Source of the DNA: Fibrobacteria bacterium
GTDB taxonomy: Bacteria > Fibrobacterota > Fibrobacteria > UBA11236
Direction: 5' to 3'
Assembly: GCA_043745805.1 (NCBI GenBank)
Contig: JAYTSD010000017.1
Location: 1 to 64,000, forward strand
Length of the DNA stretch: 64,000 bases
In this document: in pieces, positions 17,867-27,681 of the stretch
Numbering within the stretch: position 1 is the first letter of the stretch
Layout of the letters: the number at the start of each line of letters is the position of its first letter
Program-made: the position numbers and the translations under genes
The notes under the pieces: generated by a model
Told to the model about the DNA's origin: nothing
The model's database searches: none
What the model saw: the letters and a program-made list of their open reading frames with translations, nothing else

Positions 17867-18643
17867 TTGCTGCAAAATAAATTATTGCTTTCCTTGCATG
17901 ATATTACACCCTTTCATTTGGAGCGCTTGCGTAAAGCAGAAAAATATTTTGCGGATTGGGGTATTACCAAAATATTGTATTTACTAATTCCCAACTATCA
18001 TGGCATTGCACCTGCGGATCATAGCGCACAAGCCGAATTTGTTGAGTATTGTCGCAGTTGTCGAGTCTTTGATATTCAATGGTTTTTGCATGGTTATTAT
18101 CATTTGGAAATGCAGAATTTAGATCACACAGCAAAAAACAATATTTCGAGTTGGTTTAAACGCTCATTTATGACGGCTGGTGAAGGGGAGTTTTTAGCAC
18201 TTTCTTCTTTATCGATGCAACAAAAAATCAGCGAAGGAAAAAAAGTTTTTGCAAATTGTTTAGGCTATGCGCCGCAAGGATTTGTTCCACCGGCTTGGTT
18301 ACATAATGAGTATTTAATTCCCGTTTTAAAGGAACAGGGATTTCAATGGACAGAAAATCATCAGTTGATTTTTTCGGTGAATACTGGCAAAACTTGGGAA
18401 AGCCCTGTGATAACTTGGGCCACTCGTAGTCTGCTACGAAAATATGGTTCATTGCTTGTATGTCCCTCCTTAGCGCGCTACTGGAAATCCGCACCGCTCT
18501 TGCGTATTGCAATGCATCCATTTGACTTTGAACATACTGAAACGGTACGAAATATTGAAAAAGTTATTAAGTACGCCTTGCAAACCCGAAACCAAGAAAT
18601 TTATACCGATTTCGATAAAAAAACAGGCGAAAATAAAATTTGA
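17867..18643 (+). CDS. DUF2334 / polysaccharide deacetylase family protein
   Basis: SLHDITP, LHGYYH, EGEF, GFVPPAW, RIAMHP.D. Confidence 0.88.
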   Translation: MLQNKLLLSLHDITPFHLERLRKAEKYFADWGITKILYLLIPNYHGIAPADHSAQAEFVEYCRSCRVFDIQWFLHGYYHLEMQNLDHTAKNNISSWFKRSFMTAGEGEFLALSSLSMQQKISEGKKVFANCLGYAPQGFVPPAWLHNEYLIPVLKEQGFQWTENHQLIFSVNTGKTWESPVITWATRSLLRKYGSLLVCPSLARYWKSAPLLRIAMHPFDFEHTETVRNIEKVIKYALQTRNQEIYTDFDKKTGENKI

Positions 18644-18715
18644 GTAGCGTTCGGTGATGGCTCGCGCGTCTAGTATTTTGTAATTTTAGAACATCCATTT
18701 AACGAGGACAACTTT

Positions 18716-19297
18716 ATGAAATTGAAGACACTTTTTTTTATCAGTTCTGTGGCTTTGCTGGCTATGTCGATGACTTGGGCTGATGAAGTTATTATCAAAG
18801 AAAATCCGGAACCACCGCAAAAAGTTTCCTTAAATCCTTATAGCTTAGGTTTTGGCATAGGAAATATTGTGGCTTTGAATAAGCACTGGCAAAATAAAGA
18901 TGAACAATTATTAAAACTTTCCATTATTCAATCCATTGAAGTGAATGATAAAGCCATTGTGAATATGGATATCAATTGGTTTATTCCTGGCAGCGGTTGG
19001 GGTGGCGATTTAAGCGCAGATTATTTATTAGCAGGCGGATCCTTTCGACCTTTTCTTGGTGCAGGCGTAGGCTTGCAATACGTGGATAAGAAAAATGGTC
19101 TCGGCAATGGTTTTGGCGCAGCAGGTACGGTGCATGCCGGTTTATTAATTGATTTAATGGATGAGTTACAAGTTCGTGTGCGTGTTCCTTATCATTTCAT
19201 AGCTAACAAGGATCGGGACATGGGCGTTGGTCTTGACATAGGTTTTTTATTTTCCACTTCGCAACGTAAAATGAAAGTGGAAAAATTGCACCCATGA
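18716..19297 (+). CDS. Outer-membrane beta-barrel protein (OmpA/OmpW-like strands)
   Basis: Signal peptide; RPFLGAGVG strand motif. Confidence 0.65.
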   Translation: MKLKTLFFISSVALLAMSMTWADEVIIKENPEPPQKVSLNPYSLGFGIGNIVALNKHWQNKDEQLLKLSIIQSIEVNDKAIVNMDINWFIPGSGWGGDLSADYLLAGGSFRPFLGAGVGLQYVDKKNGLGNGFGAAGTVHAGLLIDLMDELQVRVRVPYHFIANKDRDMGVGLDIGFLFSTSQRKMKVEKLHP

Positions 19298-19298
19298 C

Positions 19299-19330
19299 AT
19301 GTAGAGACGCCATGCATGGCGTCTCTACAT
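19299..19330. repeat. GTAG-family REP, perfect 32-bp palindrome
   Basis: ATGTAGAGACGCCATGCATGGCGTCTCTACAT between convergent genes. Confidence 0.85.
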
Positions 19331-19340
19331 ATTCCCACCA

Positions 19341-19919
19341 TTACTTATCCCGGCAAAGCACGCTGCTTTGCTGGTTTAACCAAATCGCGGCTCTCTTTTT
19401 AACGTCTTTCAAAGCGTCCTCGGACTTAGTGAAATAATATTGGCGATTAGATTTACCCGCGAATATATCACCTTCCGAAGAATTAGAAAGAAACTCTTTA
19501 CTTTCTTTAACGCGCTTTTCTACTTCTTTCATGACCGGCTCTTGCCCTTGTATGGATTTAGTAGTCACAATGATCAACTCCTTTTCATACACCAGATAAT
19601 TGATTTCAATACGTGCAGAATAAGTTTTTACAAATTCATTTTTAGTGGCATCACCATTGATTTCGTGCAAATAAATGCCTTCACTTTTTAAATCGGCTTC
19701 CAGTTCATTGGCTGTGGGTAAGGAAACAATACATTCACGAAGTTTTTCCTTGCGAATATCAGAGCTGCCATCGGCTTTACTTTCCGCAGAAATAACGGTA
19801 ATATTTTTGTTTTCCGTTTTTGCTTTTTCACTACGGCCTTCGACTGCAAAAGTAGGTGCCACTAAACCCAAGCTTAAGCTTATGGTTGTCCCTAAGAATA
19901 AATGCAATAATGATTTCAT
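19341..19919 (-). CDS. Hypothetical exported protein
   Basis: Signal peptide; GGAG RBS. Confidence 0.75.
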   Translation of the reverse strand: MKSLLHLFLGTTISLSLGLVAPTFAVEGRSEKAKTENKNITVISAESKADGSSDIRKEKLRECIVSLPTANELEADLKSEGIYLHEINGDATKNEFVKTYSARIEINYLVYEKELIIVTTKSIQGQEPVMKEVEKRVKESKEFLSNSSEGDIFAGKSNRQYYFTKSEDALKDVKKRAAIWLNQQSSVLCRDK

Positions 19920-19984
19920 TTTTACTCCATATTTTTTTAAATTATATGCAGTATAATCTACAATTTTGAAGCGATAGGAGTCTT

Positions 19985-20584
19985 ATGCTACAAAAAGTCA
20001 AAAATATTTCAGCAGCAATTTTAATTGGTTCATTGTTTATGGGCTGTGCCACCAAGGTGACCCGCATTAGCGCTGATTCAACGGTCGATTTAACCGGAAA
20101 ATGGAATGACACCGATTCTCGCTTAGTAGCTGAAGAAATGGTTAAAGATGCTATGGCCCGTCCTTGGATTCAGCGTTATGAAATCAATAAAACCACTCCC
20201 AAAGTTATTATTGGCGAAATTCGTAATATGAGCCATGAGCATATTAGTGTGGAAACTTTTTCTAAAGATATTGAACGTTCATTACTTAATTCCGGAAAAG
20301 TGGATTTTGTAGCAAGCAAAGGTGAACGTGATCAAATTCGTGATGAAAAAAATGATCAAAGTAAAAATGCTTCGGTAGACACACGCAAAATGTCGGGTGA
20401 AGAAAACGGAGCCGACTTAATGATGACGGGTACGCTTAATACCATTGTGGATCAAGAAGGCGATAAAGCGGTGGTATTCTATCAAACCAATTTGGAATTG
20501 GTGGAAATTCAAACGCATAAAAAAGTTTGGATTGGTGAAAAGAAAATCAAAAAATACGTCGAACGTTCCAGCACTAAATTTTAA
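19985..20584 (+). CDS. lpoB: Penicillin-binding protein activator LpoB family lipoprotein
   Basis: Lipobox FMGC; DLTGKWNDTD, N...EHI, GADLM..G. Confidence 0.85.
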   Translation: MLQKVKNISAAILIGSLFMGCATKVTRISADSTVDLTGKWNDTDSRLVAEEMVKDAMARPWIQRYEINKTTPKVIIGEIRNMSHEHISVETFSKDIERSLLNSGKVDFVASKGERDQIRDEKNDQSKNASVDTRKMSGEENGADLMMTGTLNTIVDQEGDKAVVFYQTNLELVEIQTHKKVWIGEKKIKKYVERSSTKF

Positions 20585-20586
20585 CA

Positions 20587-22011
20587 GTGTTTTGTTCGCG
20601 TTGGCTCAGGGTTAGTCTGGGTATGGCCTATGGAGTTTTCCTCCTAGGCTGTGCCAATAAAAGTTTAACTCGCTTTGAAAAAATTGCGCCCGAATTTGAA
20701 AAAAGTAATTTTGCCGCTTCGGCTGCGCTTATTAAAGCCAATCCAAAATTATATGGCGAAAATACTCGTTTCCTTTATGATATGGACTTGGGTGTGCTTT
20801 ATCATTATATGGGTAAATACGATTCTAGTAATATTTATTTAACCCAAGCTGCACAAACCTTGGATGATCTATACGCTAAATCCGTAACTAATGAAGCGGG
20901 TTCTATTTTACTAAATGACAATGTGCGACCTTATCGCAGTCGTCCTTATGAAATTGTGATGCTACATCAATATATGGCTTTGAATTATATGGCCGTAGGA
21001 AAGCTTGATGAGGCTTTAGTAGAAACGCGTAGCACTCAATTAATCTTCGAAGCTTGGCAACGCAAAGAAGGTAAAACCAAAAAATATGTGGATGATGGCA
21101 TGTTTCATTATTTATCCTCCATTGCTTATGAAGGCATTGGTCAAAGAGATAATGCTTTAATCTCGCTTTATCAGTCGGTTAAAGCCTATCAGCAAGGTCC
21201 CTTTCCTTTGCCTAAGGAAGTGCAACAAACTGGTTATTATCGACTGAAAAATAATGGTCGTCAAAGCGATGTGGAATTATTGAAGCTGCAGCCGGTTTCA
21301 GGATTAGAAGAACCCGCTCCACTTGGAAGCGCGGAAATTATTTTAGTGGGTTATGCCGGCCATGGTCCGGTTTTACAAGACAATGTTTTTTGGGGAACTT
21401 ATGAGGCGGACGGGGTACTGGTTTTTCATTATCACAATGCTAAAGGGGATACCATAACTCAAGTTTTGCCTGCACCCGGTTTACCCGCTTCGGAAATGAA
21501 TAAGGTATCACAAGGGAGACGTAACAGCAGTGGTACTACCTTGCATATAAAATTTGCTATGCCCGCGGTGAAAATTTTACCTTCCCAGACGGAAGGCTTT
21601 TCTGTTTCTGTCGATGGGGTGATTAAAAAAAGTTTTGCCTTAACCAATTTGGATAAATTAGTCGAGCAAAGTTTAGAAGATGATAAAACCTCCACTTTAA
21701 TTCGTACCGTAATTCGTGTTGCACTTCGGACTTATGCAGCGCAAAAAACCAAAGATCAGCTAGTTGGATCGAATCCCTTATTGAATCTATTGTTCAGCGT
21801 GGGAACGGATGTTCTTGCCGATCAATTAGAACAGGCAGACACTAGAGCTTCTTTTATGCTTCCCAAAACCTTACAGCTAGCGCGTTTTCCGGTAAGTCCG
21901 GGAAAACACAAAATTACTGTTTCAACAAACAGTTCCTCACTTATAGAAAATGTTGAATTAGAAGTGCATTCAGGAGAAAAAAGGTTTATGATAGTTCCAT
22001 CGTTGAGGTAA
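20587..22011 (+). CDS. COG3014-like TPR lipoprotein
   Basis: Lipobox LLGC; NDN..PY...YE...ALVE.R and ADTR motifs; usual LpoB neighbour. Confidence 0.8.
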   Translation: MFCSRWLRVSLGMAYGVFLLGCANKSLTRFEKIAPEFEKSNFAASAALIKANPKLYGENTRFLYDMDLGVLYHYMGKYDSSNIYLTQAAQTLDDLYAKSVTNEAGSILLNDNVRPYRSRPYEIVMLHQYMALNYMAVGKLDEALVETRSTQLIFEAWQRKEGKTKKYVDDGMFHYLSSIAYEGIGQRDNALISLYQSVKAYQQGPFPLPKEVQQTGYYRLKNNGRQSDVELLKLQPVSGLEEPAPLGSAEIILVGYAGHGPVLQDNVFWGTYEADGVLVFHYHNAKGDTITQVLPAPGLPASEMNKVSQGRRNSSGTTLHIKFAMPAVKILPSQTEGFSVSVDGVIKKSFALTNLDKLVEQSLEDDKTSTLIRTVIRVALRTYAAQKTKDQLVGSNPLLNLLFSVGTDVLADQLEQADTRASFMLPKTLQLARFPVSPGKHKITVSTNSSSLIENVELEVHSGEKRFMIVPSLR

Positions 22012-22012
22012 A

Positions 22013-22483
22013 ATGGAACATATTTTAAAAGTCGATCAAATTAATCCTTTTTTGCAGGCAACGCGTGAAACATTCAAAACAATGTTAAAGTGCGAAGTTA
22101 AGGCAGGAAAACCCAAACTTAAATTTACGCCGGATATGGAATATCATATATCGGGTATAATAGGCTTAAGTGGGGGATTACTAGGAATGGTGGCGCTTTG
22201 TTTTTCTGAAGACGTTGCTTTGAAATCCATTAGTGCATTTATACAAGAAGAATTGACTGAATTTGATGAAGTCGTTTTTGATGGGGTAGGCGAGTTAATT
22301 AATATTATTGCAGGTTATGCAAAAAAATTTATGACTGGATTTAGTATTGATATATCGCTTCCTATGGAAATTACTGGCCTCAATCATTTGTTAAGAGTAC
22401 CCAAGGATGCCCTTACCTTTGTGGTTCCTTTCGAGTCCACACTCGGCAAATTTTATTTATTCGTTTCACTTAAAGCACCTTAA
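22013..22483 (+). CDS. cheX: Chemotaxis phosphatase CheX family
   Basis: INPF, ISGIIGLSG, GELINIIAG, ISLP. Confidence 0.9.
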   Translation: MEHILKVDQINPFLQATRETFKTMLKCEVKAGKPKLKFTPDMEYHISGIIGLSGGLLGMVALCFSEDVALKSISAFIQEELTEFDEVVFDGVGELINIIAGYAKKFMTGFSIDISLPMEITGLNHLLRVPKDALTFVVPFESTLGKFYLFVSLKAP

Positions 22484-22496
22484 ATATTAAACAAAT

Positions 22497-22527
22497 AAAA
22501 AAACCCCCTTTTTAAAGGAGGCTTTTT
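22497..22527. terminator. Probable bidirectional terminator
   Basis: A-tract, imperfect CCCCCTTT/AAAGGAGG stem and T-tract between convergent genes. Confidence 0.5.
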
Positions 22528-22548
22528 ATGGTTTTAATTGAAGACATT

Positions 22549-23703
22549 TTAACGAGAAATAATTTTTTCCGTTATACTTGGCTTTCCATTCTCTGCTGAT
22601 CGGTTAATGAATATTCCTGCTGGCGGATTTGCGGCATGTTTTTTAACATTTTGGCCTTGCATATTGAAGGTTTTTACAGCATTGGTATTTGCTTTTAGCG
22701 AGATGCTTTTGGCTTTATCTTTATTGATGCCCACTGGACCATAACCCGATGTGTAGCGTAAAGCTATTGGAATGGCGATATCGAGATTAGTGAGAGCTGG
22801 TTTTGGTGTACGGTCGGAAAGCCAAATACCCCATAATGCGCCTACGCCACCAGCTTCATTTTTCCATTGTTCATCGAAGGGGCAAAAATACCAGTATTCC
22901 ATATTCGCGGGGCCAGTTGCCCATGCATGTAGTTTTTGAATATAGGTTTGTTGATTAGCTGCGCTTCCAACTGCACCGCCTCGGGTTATGCCTGTTGGCC
23001 AACCTGTTTCGGAAATAACATCGCGTTTGTTTGGATTGGAAAGGTTAAAAGAAGTGATTTTAGCACGAACTTTATTATGTAAGTCGGTTACGAAAGCCAC
23101 AGAGTTACCTATGGTTTGCTGATCCCACCAAGGGTGCACTTGCCAAAAAATGATGTCCACTTTTTCCCAAAGGGCACGTGAAGTTTTTATCCACCACCAA
23201 TAGGGTTCAGCAGTTCCAACAGGTAAACCTGAAGGAATATTCTTTTTTACATAGTCAATATAGCCAATAAGTTTTGCTTCAGAAGCGGCCAAATTATTAT
23301 TAAATACCGTTTCCTGTCTAAGCAAATATTCATTACCGACAATCACACTTTTAATACTAGAGTGCCCTTCTTTAATCACTTTTATGGCATCGTCCATGGC
23401 AGCCTGATTTTTGGTGTCATCATTGTCTAACCAAACACCTACATGAAGCTCCATCCCCAAGCTATCGCATAGTGCAGGTACAAAGGCTAAATAACCACTT
23501 AAGGAATAAATACGGATTCCAAACGTGTAAGGTAAAAGTTTAACCAAGTCTTCTTTTACCTCGGCGCGAGTGGGTTCCGTTCCTCCTGGAGCTTCTCCAT
23601 CGCGATAGCCGCTATAACACAATACCTTAAACGGTTTGGATGCTGAAAACCCGATTGAAGCACAAATCATAATCGTCGTCATAATGCCGAACAACTTTTT
23701 CAT
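22549..23703 (-). CDS. Glycoside hydrolase family 17 (beta-1,3-glucanase/transglycosylase) with T9SS-like tail
   Basis: IRIY, VGNE, TAEP, SETGWP, FDEQWK. Confidence 0.88.
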   Translation of the reverse strand: MKKLFGIMTTIMICASIGFSASKPFKVLCYSGYRDGEAPGGTEPTRAEVKEDLVKLLPYTFGIRIYSLSGYLAFVPALCDSLGMELHVGVWLDNDDTKNQAAMDDAIKVIKEGHSSIKSVIVGNEYLLRQETVFNNNLAASEAKLIGYIDYVKKNIPSGLPVGTAEPYWWWIKTSRALWEKVDIIFWQVHPWWDQQTIGNSVAFVTDLHNKVRAKITSFNLSNPNKRDVISETGWPTGITRGGAVGSAANQQTYIQKLHAWATGPANMEYWYFCPFDEQWKNEAGGVGALWGIWLSDRTPKPALTNLDIAIPIALRYTSGYGPVGINKDKAKSISLKANTNAVKTFNMQGQNVKKHAANPPAGIFINRSAENGKPSITEKIISR

Positions 23704-23860
23704 ATATCTCCGTATTATTAATAGAAAAGAAATTTAATTCGCTGTTAAATTTAACTGCATAGTTTAAAAATATAAGCAAATTCCTTGTGTTTTCGCAGAA
23801 TAAAATAAGGGAGATATTGGGTTGGCCTGTACGCTTCGGTACTCAGCCTCAAATCCAAAC

Positions 23861-25291
23861 CTATTTCACAAATAACGGGCGTACATAGCAAGCATTGCGA
23901 ATACAAGCCTTAGGATAAGGAATCAGCATTTCGCTTTGGAAAATAGTTTGCTTAAAAATCGAATTCCCCGCCACTCCATAAATCTCTAAGCTTTGTGGAA
24001 TTTTCCCTAAACTTTTAAAATAAAATCCTTTAGAAGTTTTGCTTATGGAAAAATTTGATTCTGGTGACATTTTCGCAAGGGTCGTAACATTTGTGTTACC
24101 AAAGACAGTATTCAGTTTATTTAACAATGGGGTATTGCCATTGGTTTGATAATCTCCTGTCATTTCCCAAATGATAACACCCGCGCCATTGTTTTTTTGC
24201 ACGTATTCTGCTTTGAGGCCTATGGATTCTTCATCGTCATAGGATATGACTCCATTATTGTATTTGATCCAAGGCACTTTGGCGACATCATCCCAATAGC
24301 GGACAGCGCCAATACTATTCCATTTGCTGAGAATATCATGATAAGGAGGGATACCTTCATAAGTGCTCGCAGGCCATGTACTAATGTCTCCGTAGGAGCT
24401 CGTACTATTATGTGTTCCATACATTTCAGTAGCTTTCTGAAAAGTACGTCCATAAAAAGCGACCCCTAAATTTATTTTTGCAGCAGGGGCGCCTTTCGCT
24501 AAATAAAGTTTGAAAGCCGCATCGAGACAAAAATCTTTATTGCCTTTAACGGTTGCATAAAGCGGTGAGTTGTGATTTACCGTAGTTTCCCAAGCACCAA
24601 AAAAATCATAGGTCATGATATTTAAAAAATCGAGTAGATTCGCCACGGCCGGGATATCAATATTTTGAACTTTAAGAGGATCAGCAGAAAAACAAGCGGT
24701 GAGCAAATAAGGTTTTTGAGTGAGTGTGGTGTGCGTTTGTAAGGCCTTGCGAATGGCTTTTAGTAGCAGCGTAAAATTTTCTTTATCCGCAGCAGATCCA
24801 TTATGATCGGCAAACCCTGGATATTCCCAATCAATATCGATACCGTCAAAATTGTATTCATCAATAATGCGAACGCATTCCAAAGCAAACTTATCACGCG
24901 AGGTGGCAGCCGAAGCAATGCTTGGGAAGTCATTGGATAGTGACCATCCTCCAATGGAGGCTAAAACCTTAGTACCACGTTTATGTGCATTTTCACTAAG
25001 TGATGTTCCTGCTTTATAACCTTCGGGCCACCAAATTTTTTCACCTTTCAAAATAGCTAAGTCGTCAGTGCTACCATCGGGATAGAGAGAAATTTTTCCA
25101 TCCGGATGCGGAGCCAGAAAGGCAAAATTAACAATTGTGAATTTATTAAAATCAATGGTGGTGGGTTTTACTAAAAAGCTTCTATCCCATTGTCGCCAGC
25201 CAGGATAATAGCCAATGACTTCTTTATTAGGGTGAGAGTAGCTGGTAGTTAATACGCATCCAAATATTAGCAGTAACATTGTTCTAAGCAT
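23861..25291 (-). CDS. GH18 chitinase
   Basis: SIGGW, FDGIDIDWEYP, MTYDF, ISYDD. Confidence 0.93.
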   Translation of the reverse strand: MLRTMLLLIFGCVLTTSYSHPNKEVIGYYPGWRQWDRSFLVKPTTIDFNKFTIVNFAFLAPHPDGKISLYPDGSTDDLAILKGEKIWWPEGYKAGTSLSENAHKRGTKVLASIGGWSLSNDFPSIASAATSRDKFALECVRIIDEYNFDGIDIDWEYPGFADHNGSAADKENFTLLLKAIRKALQTHTTLTQKPYLLTACFSADPLKVQNIDIPAVANLLDFLNIMTYDFFGAWETTVNHNSPLYATVKGNKDFCLDAAFKLYLAKGAPAAKINLGVAFYGRTFQKATEMYGTHNSTSSYGDISTWPASTYEGIPPYHDILSKWNSIGAVRYWDDVAKVPWIKYNNGVISYDDEESIGLKAEYVQKNNGAGVIIWEMTGDYQTNGNTPLLNKLNTVFGNTNVTTLAKMSPESNFSISKTSKGFYFKSLGKIPQSLEIYGVAGNSIFKQTIFQSEMLIPYPKACIRNACYVRPLFVK

Positions 25292-25558
25292 TTTGATTTC
25301 CTTAGGAGGTAGCCTGTGTCCAAATCACTCTTGTGACCCGTAAAACATAAGCTCAATTGGAGATTTAATTGCGCTAAAGTAGACAAAATTAAATATAAGT
25401 GGTGAAGTTTACTTCCTCAGTTAAATACTTGAAACCAATATTAGTAAGGGAATAACCTCAATAAACTGATTTTATTTATATTAAATATCAATAATTACTT
25501 CCTCACATGAAAAAGTTAAGGCTATCTTATATAATGTTGAAAAAGTATATGCGGTAAT

Positions 25559-26377
25559 ATGAACAGTATCTTTGAATATTTTGACTATCGAATCTTTTTG
25601 AAAGATTTTTATACGGCGCAAAAAAATATCCAAAGTTTTTTTTCCTATCGCTATATGGCACAAAAAGTGAATATGGATTCCAGCTTCATAATAAAAGTTT
25701 TAAAATTCAACTTGCATATATCTGATCAAAAAATTTTGGACTTTTGTAAACTCTGCAAATTAAATGAAAAAGAATCCACCTACTTTGAAACCCTAGTACA
25801 TTTCACCAAGGCCAAATCCGAAAAAGAAAGCAAAGTGTATTTTGAAAAATTATTGCAACTTCGAGACGTAGCGTCTGATAAATTAACGGAATTTCAATAT
25901 GCATTTTTTAGTAAATGGTATTACTCTGCGATATGGTCTATATTACATTATTTTCCTTATCAAGGGGATAATCAAAATCTTGCTGAAGCCCTTCGACCAT
26001 GCATAAAACCCAATCAAGCACGCTATTCCATTAAACTTTTATTAAGCTTGGGATTGATCGAAATTCAAAAAAATGGCCTTTATAAACCTTTAGGTTTAAA
26101 TTTAACGACTGGGCAAGAGTGGAAATCTTTGGCCATTTCTAATTATCAAAAAGAGATGATAAAATTATCCATGGAAAGTTTAGAGCGATTCCCCAAAAAG
26201 GAAAGAGATGTTTCCACGCTTTCTTTTAATTGTAATGAAGCTTCCTTAGTACAAATACAAAACATACTTTTAGAAAGTCGTGAGCAAATTAAAAAAATTA
26301 CCAATAAAGTGAAAAAATCGGATAGGACCTATCAACTCAATTTTCAACTTTTTCCTCTTTCCAGTGTTTGTAGTTAA
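25559..26377 (+). CDS. TIGR02147 family protein (HTH-like N-terminus plus DUF4423)
   Basis: IFEYFDYR.FL.DFY...FSYR, WYYSAI, ERDVSTL, YQLNFQLFPLS. Confidence 0.9.
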   Translation: MNSIFEYFDYRIFLKDFYTAQKNIQSFFSYRYMAQKVNMDSSFIIKVLKFNLHISDQKILDFCKLCKLNEKESTYFETLVHFTKAKSEKESKVYFEKLLQLRDVASDKLTEFQYAFFSKWYYSAIWSILHYFPYQGDNQNLAEALRPCIKPNQARYSIKLLLSLGLIEIQKNGLYKPLGLNLTTGQEWKSLAISNYQKEMIKLSMESLERFPKKERDVSTLSFNCNEASLVQIQNILLESREQIKKITNKVKKSDRTYQLNFQLFPLSSVCS

Positions 26378-26388
26378 GGCATATTAGG

Positions 26389-27681
26389 ATGATTCATTTG
26401 GGGAACAAAATCTGGACTTTGAGTATTGTAGGTGTTACCTGTCTATTTATTCATTGTACTGAGAATAAAATTGCTTCCGGAACAGTAGAAACTACTAATG
26501 GAATTGCTCGGCTGTCTAGCGGACAGCCTGCAGCTAATGCAAATGTATTTATTTTAGCCGACGAAGCGTGGTTGGGTCGCTATTTAGCAGGACAATCAGT
26601 AGTACTTGATAGCTTTAAAACTGATAGTGAAGGGCATTTTTCCTTTCCTTCCGAATTATGTAAATCCTGTAACATTGAAATTTCCGATTTAGCTGAAGGA
26701 GTCATTAACTTTACTTACACTGCTAAAAGCCCAACCAGTAATATTTTGGATACTTTCACCTTAGCCCCATTAAAAACTTATAGTGTTTACCTTGAAAAAC
26801 AAAACTCTCTTTTACCCCAGTATTTTTTATTGGGAGGAACTCGTTATCATGCTGAATTAACCGAAGTTAATATTTACTCCTTTAAAAAAATTCCTCCAGA
26901 ATCGTATTTGCTTTTGTCGCAATCCGATTATTTATATACCCATCATTGGCTAACTCCACAGGACTTCATGGCTAATGCAGTCATGGATACCATTCACACT
27001 AATATTCAAAATACCCTACCACTTGAATTATTTGATACGCCGGACAACCGTAATCAATTGGGCCTCTTATTGGGAGGCGGTTGGTGGGATGTGCAAAGTG
27101 ATGCCTATCAAGGGGGAACATCAAAAATAATTTCCCCAGTTAATGCTTCACCCTTCGAATTTGCCAAGGCCATTGATAGAGATTCATTATCGCGGCAGGG
27201 ACGTTTGCAAATGAATTATTTACTTGCCAATCCAGGTACCGAGAAGCCATATGCTTTCGCCTATGCTGAACTTAATTTGGGTAAAGGGCATTATAATTTA
27301 TCCGCTATGGATAGCCTTACTTTTATAGCTAGTGGCAATGGGCAATTGCGAGTGGAGTTTATTCAACATTCCTTTGCCGCCAAAATACTCGTTGAAGCCA
27401 GCTACACCATTAACCTTGGGAGTAACATGCAGAATTTTAGTATTGGCCCTAAGCAATTGATTGTACAAAGTTTTTGGTTTCCTAATGATATCGCCTCCAT
27501 TTATCCAGCTTTAACTACGGATCATATTCCACTTTATGTTAAGGCACCCGCTTCCTGGGGTGAAATGGGTGGCATGGTAAAAAGTATTCGCTTTACAGCT
27601 ATCAGTGGAAATCAGTTTTCGCTGGAAAATATTGTATTACACGGAGTACATCTAAGCGATATGGTTAATTATGCAAAATAA
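26389..27681 (+). CDS. Lipoprotein partner of TIGR02147 with a C-terminal CBM11/CIA30-like domain
   Basis: Lipobox-like FIHC then SGTVETTNG; TDSEGHFSF prealbumin-like segment; WW...D..QGG.S and NLS..DSLTF.A.G.G. Confidence 0.6.
   Translation: MIHLGNKIWTLSIVGVTCLFIHCTENKIASGTVETTNGIARLSSGQPAANANVFILADEAWLGRYLAGQSVVLDSFKTDSEGHFSFPSELCKSCNIEISDLAEGVINFTYTAKSPTSNILDTFTLAPLKTYSVYLEKQNSLLPQYFLLGGTRYHAELTEVNIYSFKKIPPESYLLLSQSDYLYTHHWLTPQDFMANAVMDTIHTNIQNTLPLELFDTPDNRNQLGLLLGGGWWDVQSDAYQGGTSKIISPVNASPFEFAKAIDRDSLSRQGRLQMNYLLANPGTEKPYAFAYAELNLGKGHYNLSAMDSLTFIASGNGQLRVEFIQHSFAAKILVEASYTINLGSNMQNFSIGPKQLIVQSFWFPNDIASIYPALTTDHIPLYVKAPASWGEMGGMVKSIRFTAISGNQFSLENIVLHGVHLSDMVNYAK

Noticed and set aside
25292-25400. 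Riboswitch (e.g. c-di-GMP) in the chitinase leader
   Set aside because: No recognisable consensus motifs by eye.
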